In this document: in pieces, positions 10,401 through 16,753 of the stretch
Layout: the number at the start of each line of letters is the position of its first letter
Numbering within the stretch: position 1 is the stretch's first letter
DNA from: Candidatus Kapaibacterium thiocyanatum
Lineage (GTDB): Bacteria > Bacteroidota > Ignavibacteria > Kapaibacteriales > Kapaibacteriaceae
Direction: 5' to 3'
Length of the DNA: 64,000 bases
NCBI GenBank assembly: GCA_001899175.1
Contig: MKVH01000003.1
Span: 309,735 to 373,734, forward strand
Translations under genes and position numbers: made by a program
The notes under the pieces: generated by a model
Told to the model about the DNA's origin: nothing
Database searches by the model: none
Seen by the model: the letters and a program-made list of their open reading frames with translations, nothing else

Positions 10401-11699
10401 TCCTATGTCTGGTCGACGGGTGAAACCTCGCGTAACATCGTTGCCCGCACCACTGGCGATTACTGGGTAGTCGTCACGGATGGCAACGGTTGCTCGAACA
10501 GCTCGGACACCGTTCGCGTCAACGTCTTCCCGTCTTCGCTGCCGATCATCGCCCTCAGTGGTCCGACGTCGTTCTGCGAAGGTGGTAGCGTAACGCTCAC
10601 GGCTCCGAACGGATTCTCCGCTTATCGTTGGTCGACCGGCGAAACGACGCAGTCGATCACGGTTACCACGTCCGGTTCCTATACTGTAACGGTCGCAGAC
10701 GGCAACGCTTGCACGGGTACGTCGACGGAAGTTGATGTCACCGTCTATCCGACGCCGCATCCGGTCCTCGCAGTCATCGGTGCCACGACGGTATGCGACG
10801 GCGACTCCGTCGAAGTCCGCGCTCCCGCCGGTTACTCGCAATACACCTGGATCAGCGCCGCTGGTCATGTCTATGGCACGGGTCGTACGATCTTCGTCAA
10901 GCAGGCAGACACGGTCAAGGTTCAAGTGGTAGACGCCAACGGTTGCACGGGTGAATCCGATGCAGTCGTCATCAACCTCAGCCAGGTCGTTACCCCGGTC
11001 ATCTCCGCCAACGGTCCGACAACCTTCTGCGAAGGCAATGCGGTAACCCTGACGGCACCGGAAGGCTACGCCAACTACATCTGGTCGAACGGCGCTACGT
11101 CGCGCTCGATCACGGTGACGGACGGTGGTCAATACACGGTCATGGTATCGGATAACATGCTTTGCATGGCTGCTTCGGTAGTCACGGAAGTAACGGTTAA
11201 CCCGCTGCCCGCCCGCCCGACCATCACCCGCGTTGGCGACACGCTGAAGGCTGTCTCCGCAGTAGCAGAATCCTATGTGTGGAAGCGGAATGACGAAATC
11301 ATTCCGGGTGCCACCCAGTCCTTCTACGTCGTCAACCAACCGGGTGCATACACTGTCAGCATCGCTGACAACAACACCTGCTCGGCCAGCTCGCAACCCT
11401 TCGACGTCATTCTCACGAATGTCGACGACGATGTAGTGGCAGGTCGTACGGCTGAACTCCATCTCTTCCCGAACCCGACCAATGGTCTGTTCACGATCGA
11501 GACGGAAATCACGCAAGCCGGTCCGGTTCGCATTGAACTTGTCAATGCAGTTGGCGAGCTTGTCATGACGCTCAACGAACAGACGGCTGGCGGTAACTTC
11601 CGCACCACCGTCACGATGGGTGATCTTGCAAGCGGTGTTTACAACGTGGTCGTCACCACGGGTAACCAACGTTGGACTGTACGCCTGGTTCGTCAGTAA
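1446..11699 (+). CDS. Giant (3417 aa) secreted adhesin-like protein with tandem Ig/PKD-like repeats and a T9SS C-terminal sorting domain
   Basis: GGAGGA lies 6 nt upstream of the ATG. N-terminal signal peptide (WLLAMLLSAIVAVGLLPSSVVRAQ). At least 20 units of about 80 aa share C..Y...Y.W.V.GG.I..GQGT..I.V.W...G.G.V.V.E....C. Five C-terminal units of about 75 aa share FC.G..V.L.AP.G...Y.WS.G.T...I.V...G.Y.V.V.D.NGC. The last roughly 80 aa (LHLFPNPTNGLFTIE...GVYNVVVTTGNQRWTVRLVRQ) match the T9SS type-A CTD pattern. Confidence 0.9.
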   Translation: MNRFDSAYPSQRQRKSGSSWLLAMLLSAIVAVGLLPSSVVRAQTLTVTGAPNPQCSGSSVTLTATEAGLPANSGYAAAGLAYAAPVAAGAANNVVLGDDQVSAQQLAAGQVFNFFGTPIDLGVNGFYIGSNGFITFRNDPLATQINPKNLAAPAVGESYNAIYLANTDLSPQAGGQIWWEVQNIGGGNVLVVTFDAVPMYNYQNPGVNDGDVVTVQALLYLQGHPNDGRIEIRVTLISDQDPGAPANQQEYSIGIANNCQPPAAVVGQSQDNPGADVVNAAYNWDPAGPAITVTSVEFFQVGGGSLGVDNTSPYNAVVSSPTAANVDYYAVATLSNCTTVQAPDYQVTWIQSPTASLPVGNANVCSGTGNSYSFTQTVPGSTFQWSVPGLTAGVDYTITPNATSSPVTITFNPSAASIGGTPQTIRVVETGPGVPACVGPNNDLPVTVYLTPSGPITGGTTPICAPATGSSATAPFTAPAGTGYAWSFNPALPASVAPYVTINTPSASSTTVTLTSGFTQAASLSPVATTLQVVVTTGAGVTCTYTTTTSITFNPAPITRTMTSVPTSICPNQNITFSLDGGATANNIAWSFSGVPGSIIGSAGGPGQTSAVINFTAAGTATVNALETTGAGCTRTHTQTFTVNPLPTPTVAVASPVCQYVAPVAGNPSYQTNPNPLQYVYTVTGAPADGYRWQVTNGIIVAVNGVPGAYANPYPSAGTFTTGAMQITVQWTAPGAGVLQVWEQNVTTGCVGTNTYNLTVNPTPTAANMSLTGPGISAANPCANSTGNVYTFNTAAADNSSFTITGGTITAAPDPGGVVTGGGTGATYTAAATGTLQVTWGAGTSGSISHEYSNAGGCSAIEVYTITIEPLPSFLVSGPTAACGGSSIAFSVSGLTNGGVPAYAWSLTANPGGLATMVGAGNGPSESFNLTNPITATSGPYTVQLQVTNTVTGCSNTNTANFTIVRTPAAPVIGGTGTDRCDADVVAAGTYTITAEAGMAWTVTVTNGLFNGTSATATGVGTGAPQNLPSVTWTNNTPAPIVGSFSATQSNTFGSTTCTSPAGTANENINPRPMAVGTTPSGTPYVDYNPPAPFCQTQTPLPTITINNAEAGIDYYWLASMDIDFGSGFGINVGPSNNVTVAGWNAGSVVYGIQAVNPVTGCMRVSIITITVNPAPNTTFTGNFGPVCPNGETVATYNPNIADEKYYVTSPIVVGSNYNWTVTNGYIVAYSDNGATVTNTMPLSTTSQITTWSGNYGAETAPFVVVRWTGPNPGKIKVTEIRQGGAGCSFTTPDFPVIINPSVIPTVYSLGFGASPTPATLPDMCAGASPLVELSGSEVGYSYTLEISADGGTTWGASTALAQAGTGAVITNWAIPAADLPYTGSMGSITTYLVRTVVNPNGSCPGYLASNNITINVHPNPDVKTVTATTVLFCEGQPIPVDVASTDAWITYTLERRSLPGGVFASTGVSAAGNGGTLTLVDNTSPAGSGPLTAAPNYEYQVVATTTSLPSCSAVMNGNPQVTVFAPITPQVVTVTPAAVCWNNDATTLTVANTQDGVEYEVYWGGGMTPFVPTKLQQITTPTGAINFAISQADILQIQATNPGAPVNVTLTVQGRLFVDGVTITRPIPVGGCEVTVGTTMLTINPEPTAAIVPPTSPICGGDVENYSPVGSSAAYTYEWSISNAPLGTTPLAAMPSGPGTVDPFTVTWGPNDLACNGVNSPITATIQLVQVDVVTGCDDTTTVDVVINSAVHDGDIEGDATACIYGGYEQHVEDYDVYRTTCGTGTNTTWPAGTTFLWTMPTSPTGPTGVIRSGQGTRHIAAEWNTTAGTGIAPVTVLVTLPWGCATTVTKNVTVYSLPTPNVTGPATVCQNQMGVIYTSTLIAGDNYLWEVVGGTIVGGTGAGTNASPSVLAGLGLNTITIDWLDMPNPTATIKLTETSVQGCIAVNTYTVDVTPTPTPVVTGPTTACDNTNIVLSTQNNAPNSVYTWNITGTTDLTGVSIVSGGSTASATFNTGTVTLPATFGTFTVEVTETFTVTNCSKTSAAFTVTVYTKPAPAITRITAGGVLGAACVGQTVVYETANVAGHSYNWTVVGGAITGGQGTNQITVDWNTVGSGSVTVAEWVTSTQCTTTVSQPVTVVNPPAPVISGPVNVCGETTATYSTPMVAGNTYMWTVTGGTLTTPNNTNTIGVQFTSPASGSTTATIDVTETNTLSGCMAMANITVTVYRQPVVSTIARTDAGNANQACVGTSIEYTSGATVAGSTYTWTVTGGTITAGQGTTTVMVQWTAIGNQTLTLVEETTGSPMCAATSVLNVSVEDQPAPAITGPNTSCTDNTDTYSVAAVGGHTYGWSIAPGVNNTDWQITTGTTSATMSVKWLIAGTYTITLTENNATGNCTATTTETVTVSATPNPVIARIAPAGALGQACEGQTITYNTGTSGNTYVWTVVGGSIVTGQGTNQVDVLWLTAGNGSITVTETTTGSTCSKTVTQNVNVTPQPTPVITGPTVSCINKIHTYSTPAIPGNTYAWTITPGVGSVTPVFAPIAGYPNSNTITLQWIQTGLHNVAVTETSIAGCSKTVSIDVQVNPIPTPVITSTTGFGSPTSQRPGLVCENSTHVYTTAATPANVYFWTVTGGSIVSGQNTNTITVLWAGPGAGTVSVTETVPGSDCITTVTEDIDKRPKPTPVITGAVDPCENSTQVYTTPFVAGNTYTWTVSGPAGTVWSPIAPNQISVTWGAAGAGSVSVEEFVAGTLPAVPDPAACATSTTLNVTVRPLPPVPTITGTTTVCATDYTDVPPTINQYTYTSSNPGSVSFNWTVTGGTIISGQGTSTVVVEWANATNAPTTGTITVQHTTIPWGCTTQTTQVITINPLPNPTISGPLSVCQNSIQTYSTPGIPGNSYNWTVSGGNIIRAGQTTPNVTVEWTLPGAATLWVTETNTYGCTAINQIDVMVNSLPNVTVTPSGPTTFCQGGDVTLSAPLGFSSYVWSTGETSRNIVARTTGDYWVVVTDGNGCSNSSDTVRVNVFPSSLPIIALSGPTSFCEGGSVTLTAPNGFSAYRWSTGETTQSITVTTSGSYTVTVADGNACTGTSTEVDVTVYPTPHPVLAVIGATTVCDGDSVEVRAPAGYSQYTWISAAGHVYGTGRTIFVKQADTVKVQVVDANGCTGESDAVVINLSQVVTPVISANGPTTFCEGNAVTLTAPEGYANYIWSNGATSRSITVTDGGQYTVMVSDNMLCMAASVVTEVTVNPLPARPTITRVGDTLKAVSAVAESYVWKRNDEIIPGATQSFYVVNQPGAYTVSIADNNTCSASSQPFDVILTNVDDDVVAGRTAELHLFPNPTNGLFTIETEITQAGPVRIELVNAVGELVMTLNEQTAGGNFRTTVTMGDLASGVYNVVVTTGNQRWTVRLVRQ

Positions 11700-11724
11700 T
11701 CCTGACGTCCGGCAGATGAATGAA

Positions 11725-11753
11725 GGGCGCACCTCGGTGCGCCCTTTTTTTTT
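11725..11753 (+). terminator. Rho-independent terminator after the giant adhesin gene
   Basis: Perfect 8-bp GC stem gggcgcac / gtgcgccc with loop ctcg, followed by a run of 9 T, starting 26 nt after the TAA stop. Confidence 0.85.
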
Positions 11754-11846
11754 CTCCGAAGCCCACCACTATTCGTAACATGTGCGGGGCTTCGCCCATC
11801 ATACAGCAAACACACACCACATCATTTCAAGTACGAGGAGTCATTC

Positions 11847-12704
11847 GTGACGATGTTGCGTTCCCTGTTTTCTTCGGTTCTTCCCCTTGCAGCCATCCTG
11901 ATGCTGACCCCGTCGGACGCGCATGCATCGTCCAGCGGTATCGTGCGCCGCTCCACCCTCAATTCCGGCGGCTGCGGTGGTGGCCAGTGTCATGGCACGT
12001 CGGCCTCCACGCTGACGACGCTGCGTATCGCCGAGAGCATCGACAACACCCTGCGCGTACTGCCAGGCCAGGTGGTCGATCTTACCCTGGTCGTCAGCAA
12101 CAGCACGGCCAAGGCCTGCGGACTCAACCTTTCCGTCAAGACGTCGGAGAACGGCAATACGAATGCGGGCAGTCTGGCCAGCGTCGCGGGTCAATCCACA
12201 TGGGTCCAGCTCGGTGAGCTCACGCATACGTCGCCGAAGTCCTTCAGCGCCGGTGAAGTCTCGTTCAAGTTCACATGGACGGCCCCGCAGACGGAAGGGA
12301 CGGCCTGGCTCCACGCCGCTGCCAATGCCGTGAATCTCAGCGGCGCGCCCGATGCCGGCGACAGGTGGAACTTCCTCTCTCCCATCAGGATCATCATCAG
12401 CCCCGCATCAAGCGTCGACGACATCATCGCGGCACACGAGACAATGGACGTGGCCCCGGTTCCGTCATCGGCTACGGTGACGGCTTCCTTCGGCGCCGTC
12501 GCCGGAGAGCCCTACGTCGTCAACGTCTTCGACGCGTTCGGGATACTCGTTCACCAGGATCGCATCTCGGCCGGTTCGGACCGTGTTTCCTACGTATGGA
12601 ACGGCAGGATGAACGACGGTGCACAGGCAGCGCCCGGAACCTATGTTCTCGCCATCGTCGGCGAACGTCGTGTCATCCACGGTCGTGCCGTCATCGTCCG
12701 CTGA
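11847..12704 (+). CDS. Secreted protein with a single CX4CH motif and a FlgD-Ig/T9SS-like C-terminal domain
   Basis: GTG start 8 nt after GAGGAG. Signal peptide (LPLAAILMLTPSDAHA). GGCGGGQCHG motif near the N-terminus. The C-terminal roughly 80 aa (YVVNVFDAFGILVH...YVWNGRMNDGAQAAPGTYVLAIVG) resemble FlgD-Ig-like/T9SS CTDs. The family itself is not recognised. Confidence 0.7.
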   Translation: MTMLRSLFSSVLPLAAILMLTPSDAHASSSGIVRRSTLNSGGCGGGQCHGTSASTLTTLRIAESIDNTLRVLPGQVVDLTLVVSNSTAKACGLNLSVKTSENGNTNAGSLASVAGQSTWVQLGELTHTSPKSFSAGEVSFKFTWTAPQTEGTAWLHAAANAVNLSGAPDAGDRWNFLSPIRIIISPASSVDDIIAAHETMDVAPVPSSATVTASFGAVAGEPYVVNVFDAFGILVHQDRISAGSDRVSYVWNGRMNDGAQAAPGTYVLAIVGERRVIHGRAVIVR

Positions 12705-12709
12705 CAAGC

Positions 12710-15052
12710 ATGCAGAATCGCAGTCTTCATAGCACACATATCCGTCAGCGCCATGTCGTTGCAGCTCTGCTGTGCGTGGTGCTGACGGTGCTGGGTGCCC
12801 ATGAAGGCAAGGCCCAGTGGAAGAAGCTCACATTGCCCGGCAAGTATGCCACGGGATACTATCTGGACGTCTTCTTCCTGCCCTCGTCTCCGAACTACGG
12901 ATGGGCCTGCAGTATCGAAGGGTGGGTCGTCCGGACGACGGACGGAGGTCAGACGTGGGAGGGTTCGACCCTTCCCCAGGAATTCCTCGAAAGCGTCCAG
13001 TTCCTGACCCCGCTGGTCGGCTATACGTCGGGTCCTGCTGGGATCTTCAGGAGTACCGACGGTGGCGTGACCTGGCGCGACATCACGCCGTTCAACGCTA
13101 CGGCCTCCAAGTCCTGGGGGTGCTACTTCCTCAACGAGATGGAAGGTCTCTTCCTGGCCGGTGGCTGCGGGACCGATGCACAGTCCTACTACCGCACCAC
13201 CGACGGTGGCAATTCGTGGACGGTATCCTTCACCATCGAGCCCAGCAGTGGTCTCAGCGACTGCCTGCTCTACCGCGACGGCAGCGGCTACGCCGTATCC
13301 AGCGGTGTGCTGTGGACGACGGACGACTATGGCGTGAACTGGTCCATGATGGCACGTACCGGTGAGAAGTACTGGACGGAAGAGATCACCCATATCAACC
13401 AGACGTTCTGCCTGCCTACGGCCGGCAACGACTGCGATGGCCAGGATCCGACGCACGGCTCCATCCGCTGGACCCCGGATATGGGGAAGACCTGGCGTGA
13501 ATTCCAGACCGGTGCCAGCATGTTCGGTACCTTCCTCCTGAACGAAAACGAGGGATGGGGTGTCGGCTCCAGGAGATCCGTCTACTACACGTCGAACGCG
13601 GGCCGGTCGTGGATACTGCGCAACTGCGGTATCGACGGAGATGTCGATGATGTCTGGTTCGTGAACGACACGCTGGGCTACATCGCCGGCGACGGCATCT
13701 ATCGGTCGAACTTCAACGAGATCGGGTTCAGCGTCACCTTCGTGCAACCGCAAACGGACACCATTTCGATCTGTCCGGGGGATGTCACCGTACTGGAAGG
13801 GTCGGAAGGATTCCGGGACTATACGTGGAACGATGGTGTAAGCGGTCGTGAACGCCCGGTAGGAACGGAAGGCCGCTACGTCATTACCGCCTACGACGTC
13901 CGTACCTGTCGCCAGTCGTCCGACACCGTCTACGTCCGGGTATATCCGAACGACAAGCCGCAGATCCAGGGAGCGGCCACGACGCTCTGTCAGGGCGACT
14001 CCGCCGTGCTCTCCTGTACCGGCACGTTCATCTCGAAGAAATGGTCGACGGGCGACACGACATCGACCATCGTCGTCAAGACGTCCGGATCGTATACCGT
14101 CACCGTTCTCGACACGAACGGGTGCCAGCACGTTTCCGATCCCTTCGTGCTGACCGTACGTCCGATACCTGCGCCCGTGATCACGGCCAACAGGAATACG
14201 ACGATCTGCATCGACGAAATGGTCAAGCTCAGCGCACCGCGCGGCTACGCACGATACGAGTGGTCGAACGGTTCCACGGATGCCGACATCACCGTGGGAG
14301 AGGCGGGGACGTATACGGTACATGTCGTGGACGACTTCGGCTGCGCGGGTACATCGCCAGCCATGACCGTCACGGTCCTGAACACGCGCAACAAGGTCGA
14401 AGTCCTTTCCTCGGTCACGCCTATCCATATTCCCGATCACGCCGTTGGCGACAGGTCGTGCTATACGGTGGCCATCAGGAACAAGTCGACGGAGGACAAT
14501 CTGGTCATCGCGCATCCGGCCTTCGTCGGCAACGTCCTCTTCAGCATTCCGCTTCATCAGCTTCCCATCGTGATTCCACCGGGAGAGACGAGAATGCTCG
14601 ATGTCTGTGCATCGGCACAGGACTCGGGAATGATCGATGACACACTCGTCCTGCCCGATACCTGTTCGCCCACGTACATCGCTTTCGAGAGCAGAGGACT
14701 CGCCATCGTTACCGAGGGAACGTCGCGCTGTAACGTACCGGTGGGGACCACCATCGTCCGTGCGGGATCGAGCTATCGTCTGTCACTTCCGTCACCCGTA
14801 CCGTCGAACACCTTCATCGATCTTCGCATTCTCGCGTCATCCATGGCAGGCCGTCCTGAGGTCCATCTGGTGGACGCCCTGGGCCGGGCCGTCACCATCG
14901 CGGATGCAATCGCGACGGACGACGAGGATGGGATGACGGGATATGCCTTCAGAACGAGCGTCGCGAACCTACCGCCCGGACCATATCTGCTCGTCGTGCT
15001 TTCATCCGACGGCCATGTCATCCGGTCCGTACCCGTCACCGTCGTGCAGTAA
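12710..15052 (+). CDS. Secreted BNR/Asp-box (Ycf48-like) beta-propeller protein with Ig-like repeats and a T9SS C-terminal domain
   Basis: Start taken at ATG 12710 (MQNRSL...VVAALLCVVLTVLGAHEGKAQ signal peptide); the track's upstream extension is R-rich and overlaps the previous gene. Six Asp-box-like repeats (TTDGGQTWEG, STDGGVTWRD, TTDGGNSWTV, TDDYGVNWSM, PDMGKTWREF, SNAGRSWILR). Three C.G....L...G...Y.W..G......V...G.Y.V...D...C units of the type seen in the giant adhesin. CTD-like tail (PGPYLLVVLSSDGHVIRSVPVTVVQ). Confidence 0.85.
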   Translation: MQNRSLHSTHIRQRHVVAALLCVVLTVLGAHEGKAQWKKLTLPGKYATGYYLDVFFLPSSPNYGWACSIEGWVVRTTDGGQTWEGSTLPQEFLESVQFLTPLVGYTSGPAGIFRSTDGGVTWRDITPFNATASKSWGCYFLNEMEGLFLAGGCGTDAQSYYRTTDGGNSWTVSFTIEPSSGLSDCLLYRDGSGYAVSSGVLWTTDDYGVNWSMMARTGEKYWTEEITHINQTFCLPTAGNDCDGQDPTHGSIRWTPDMGKTWREFQTGASMFGTFLLNENEGWGVGSRRSVYYTSNAGRSWILRNCGIDGDVDDVWFVNDTLGYIAGDGIYRSNFNEIGFSVTFVQPQTDTISICPGDVTVLEGSEGFRDYTWNDGVSGRERPVGTEGRYVITAYDVRTCRQSSDTVYVRVYPNDKPQIQGAATTLCQGDSAVLSCTGTFISKKWSTGDTTSTIVVKTSGSYTVTVLDTNGCQHVSDPFVLTVRPIPAPVITANRNTTICIDEMVKLSAPRGYARYEWSNGSTDADITVGEAGTYTVHVVDDFGCAGTSPAMTVTVLNTRNKVEVLSSVTPIHIPDHAVGDRSCYTVAIRNKSTEDNLVIAHPAFVGNVLFSIPLHQLPIVIPPGETRMLDVCASAQDSGMIDDTLVLPDTCSPTYIAFESRGLAIVTEGTSRCNVPVGTTIVRAGSSYRLSLPSPVPSNTFIDLRILASSMAGRPEVHLVDALGRAVTIADAIATDDEDGMTGYAFRTSVANLPPGPYLLVVLSSDGHVIRSVPVTVVQ

Positions 15053-15118
15053 TGCCGTACAGACAGGGTTGCCCGTAAACCCGTATCTTTGCAGGAAATA
15101 CAACGATTGTGCAGGGAT

Positions 15119-15511
15119 ATGGCTACGATTGTTTCGCTCGATCCGCGCGTGATGCGCGCTCACATCGATTCCGATCCGCAACGGCCTCTGGAGCCGAAAC
15201 CGGAGCTCGACCAGTTTCCGACCTATGAGGTCTTCCACCAACAGAAGACCGGTGCACGTCATATACACGTAGGTACGGTGCATGCACCCAACCGCGAGAT
15301 GGCCCTGGTCCTGGCGAAGGAACAATACGGTCGCCGCGGCCAGAGCGTCAACCTGTGGGTCGTGAGCACGGAGAATATCTTCACGATGGCTGCGGAAGAC
15401 GCGGACGTGTTCGCCACGACGCCGGAGAAGAAGTATCGCGACGTCGCCGCCTACATGGTGCGGAACAAGGTAGAAGCCTTCAAGAAGGAACAGAAAGGCC
15501 CAACGGAATGA
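15119..15511 (+). CDS. paaB: 1,2-phenylacetyl-CoA epoxidase subunit B
   Basis: YEVFHQQKTGARHIHVGTVHAPNREMALVLAKEQYGRRGQSVNLWVV matches the conserved PaaB core. First ATG chosen because the track start at 15089 is TTG. The stop overlaps the paaC start (ATGA). Confidence 0.85.
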   Translation: MATIVSLDPRVMRAHIDSDPQRPLEPKPELDQFPTYEVFHQQKTGARHIHVGTVHAPNREMALVLAKEQYGRRGQSVNLWVVSTENIFTMAAEDADVFATTPEKKYRDVAAYMVRNKVEAFKKEQKGPTE

Positions 15512-16260
15512 ACATGGATGCCCTCAAGGATCTGCTCTATCGCGTCGCGGATGACGAACTGATTCTGGCGCATCGCCACTCGGAATGGACAGGGCTCGGC
15601 CCTGTCCTCGAAGAAGACATCGCCTTCTCGTCGATCGCACAGGACAAGCTCGGCCATGCACAGGCTCTGTATCAGATCCTGCATGAGCTGGGCGAGGCCG
15701 ATCCCGACGCCACGGCTTTCATGCGCGACGAAGCATCGCTCCGGTGTTCGCAGCTCGTGGAACTGCCGAACGGTGAATACGATCGCAGTCTCGTACGTCA
15801 CTTCCTCTTCGATGCGGCGGAATATCATCGCTACGGCATGTTCCAGTCGTCATCGTATGAACCTCTCGCGAAGCTCGCACGCAAGGTGCACGGAGAGCTC
15901 AAGTATCACCTGTACCACGGTCAGACGTGGGTCGTCCAGCTCGGCGCCCAGGGTGACGAGGAAAGCCACCGTCGTATGCAGGCGGCATTGGACGAGATGT
16001 GGCCCTATGCGCTCGGAATGTTCGAACCCGGTGCCGACGAGGCGGCCCTAAAGGCCGATGGCGTCTTCGCAGGCGAGGACGAACTGAAGCGGATGTGGCT
16101 CGACTTCGTCGGTGCGACGCTCGGCAATGCGGCCCTGCGCATTCCCGATCATGCGGAACCCGTCTACGGTGGACGCAAGGGCACGCATACGGAATACCTG
16201 CAGCCCCTTCTCAACGAAATGACCGAAGTATATCGTATCGATCCTTCGGCGGAATGGTAG
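15508..16260 (+). CDS. paaC: 1,2-phenylacetyl-CoA epoxidase subunit C (ferritin-like, structural)
   Basis: LLYRVADDELILAHRHSEWTGLGPVLEEDIAFSSIAQDKLGHAQALY resembles the PaaC N-terminus (LGD..L.L.QRL.EW....P.LE.D.A.ANI.LD.LG.A). About 250 aa. It lacks obvious paired EXXH di-iron motifs, so PaaC rather than PaaA. TAG stop. Confidence 0.85.
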   Translation: MNMDALKDLLYRVADDELILAHRHSEWTGLGPVLEEDIAFSSIAQDKLGHAQALYQILHELGEADPDATAFMRDEASLRCSQLVELPNGEYDRSLVRHFLFDAAEYHRYGMFQSSSYEPLAKLARKVHGELKYHLYHGQTWVVQLGAQGDEESHRRMQAALDEMWPYALGMFEPGADEAALKADGVFAGEDELKRMWLDFVGATLGNAALRIPDHAEPVYGGRKGTHTEYLQPLLNEMTEVYRIDPSAEW

Positions 16261-16266
16261 ACGACG

Positions 16267-16746
16267 ATGACGACCGACGACATCATGACCGCACTGCGTG
16301 AAGTCAAGGACCCCGAGATCCCGACGATCTCCGTCGTCGACATGGGTATCATCACGGATGTGCGGATCGATGATGACGATGACGTCGTAGTGACGATGAC
16401 ACCGACATTCGTCGGATGTCCGGCCATCGACGTCATGCGCAACGACGTGGAGCAGGCGGTACGATCACTCGGTGTACGGTCGGTGGTGGTCAACGTGAAT
16501 TTCGACGTTCCCTGGACGACGAACCGTCTGACGGAAAACGGCAGGAAGGCCTTGCTGAAGCATGGCCTCGCACCGCCCGAACCATACGAACTGGTACTGT
16601 CGCTCGATGTGCTCGAGCACATGCATTGCCCCTACTGCGGCAGCGACGATACCGTCATGAAGTCCCCGTTCGGGCCGACGCTCTGCCGCTCGCTTCACTA
16701 CTGCAACTCCTGCCTGCAGGCCTTCGAAGGCTTCAAGCCGATCTGA
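16267..16746 (+). CDS. paaD: 1,2-phenylacetyl-CoA epoxidase subunit D (DUF59/MIP18 domain plus C-terminal Cys cluster)
   Basis: VKDPEIPTISVVDMGII...TPTFVGCPA (DUF59 signature), then CPYCGS...YCNSC zinc-ribbon-like cysteines typical of PaaD. Confidence 0.9.
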   Translation: MTTDDIMTALREVKDPEIPTISVVDMGIITDVRIDDDDDVVVTMTPTFVGCPAIDVMRNDVEQAVRSLGVRSVVVNVNFDVPWTTNRLTENGRKALLKHGLAPPEPYELVLSLDVLEHMHCPYCGSDDTVMKSPFGPTLCRSLHYCNSCLQAFEGFKPI

Positions 16747-16753
16747 GAGACGG

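Noticed and set aside
1650-11732. Very long minus-strand ORFs (1650..3356, 568 aa; 3756..11732, 2658 aa) antisense to the giant adhesin gene
   Set aside because: Their products are extremely Arg/Asp/Gly-rich with no motifs. They mirror the GC3-rich sense frame, which has a signal peptide, ordered repeats and a T9SS CTD. This is a typical high-GC antisense artefact.
12275-12709. N-terminal 145-codon extension of ORF 12275..15052, and similar extensions of 25255..28305, 22389.., 43181.., 43522.., 15355.., 36209..36787 and 39221..40198
   Set aside because: The extensions are R-rich, overlap the preceding genes, and are followed by an internal ATG that starts a proper signal peptide or conserved N-terminus. 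The downstream starts were used instead.
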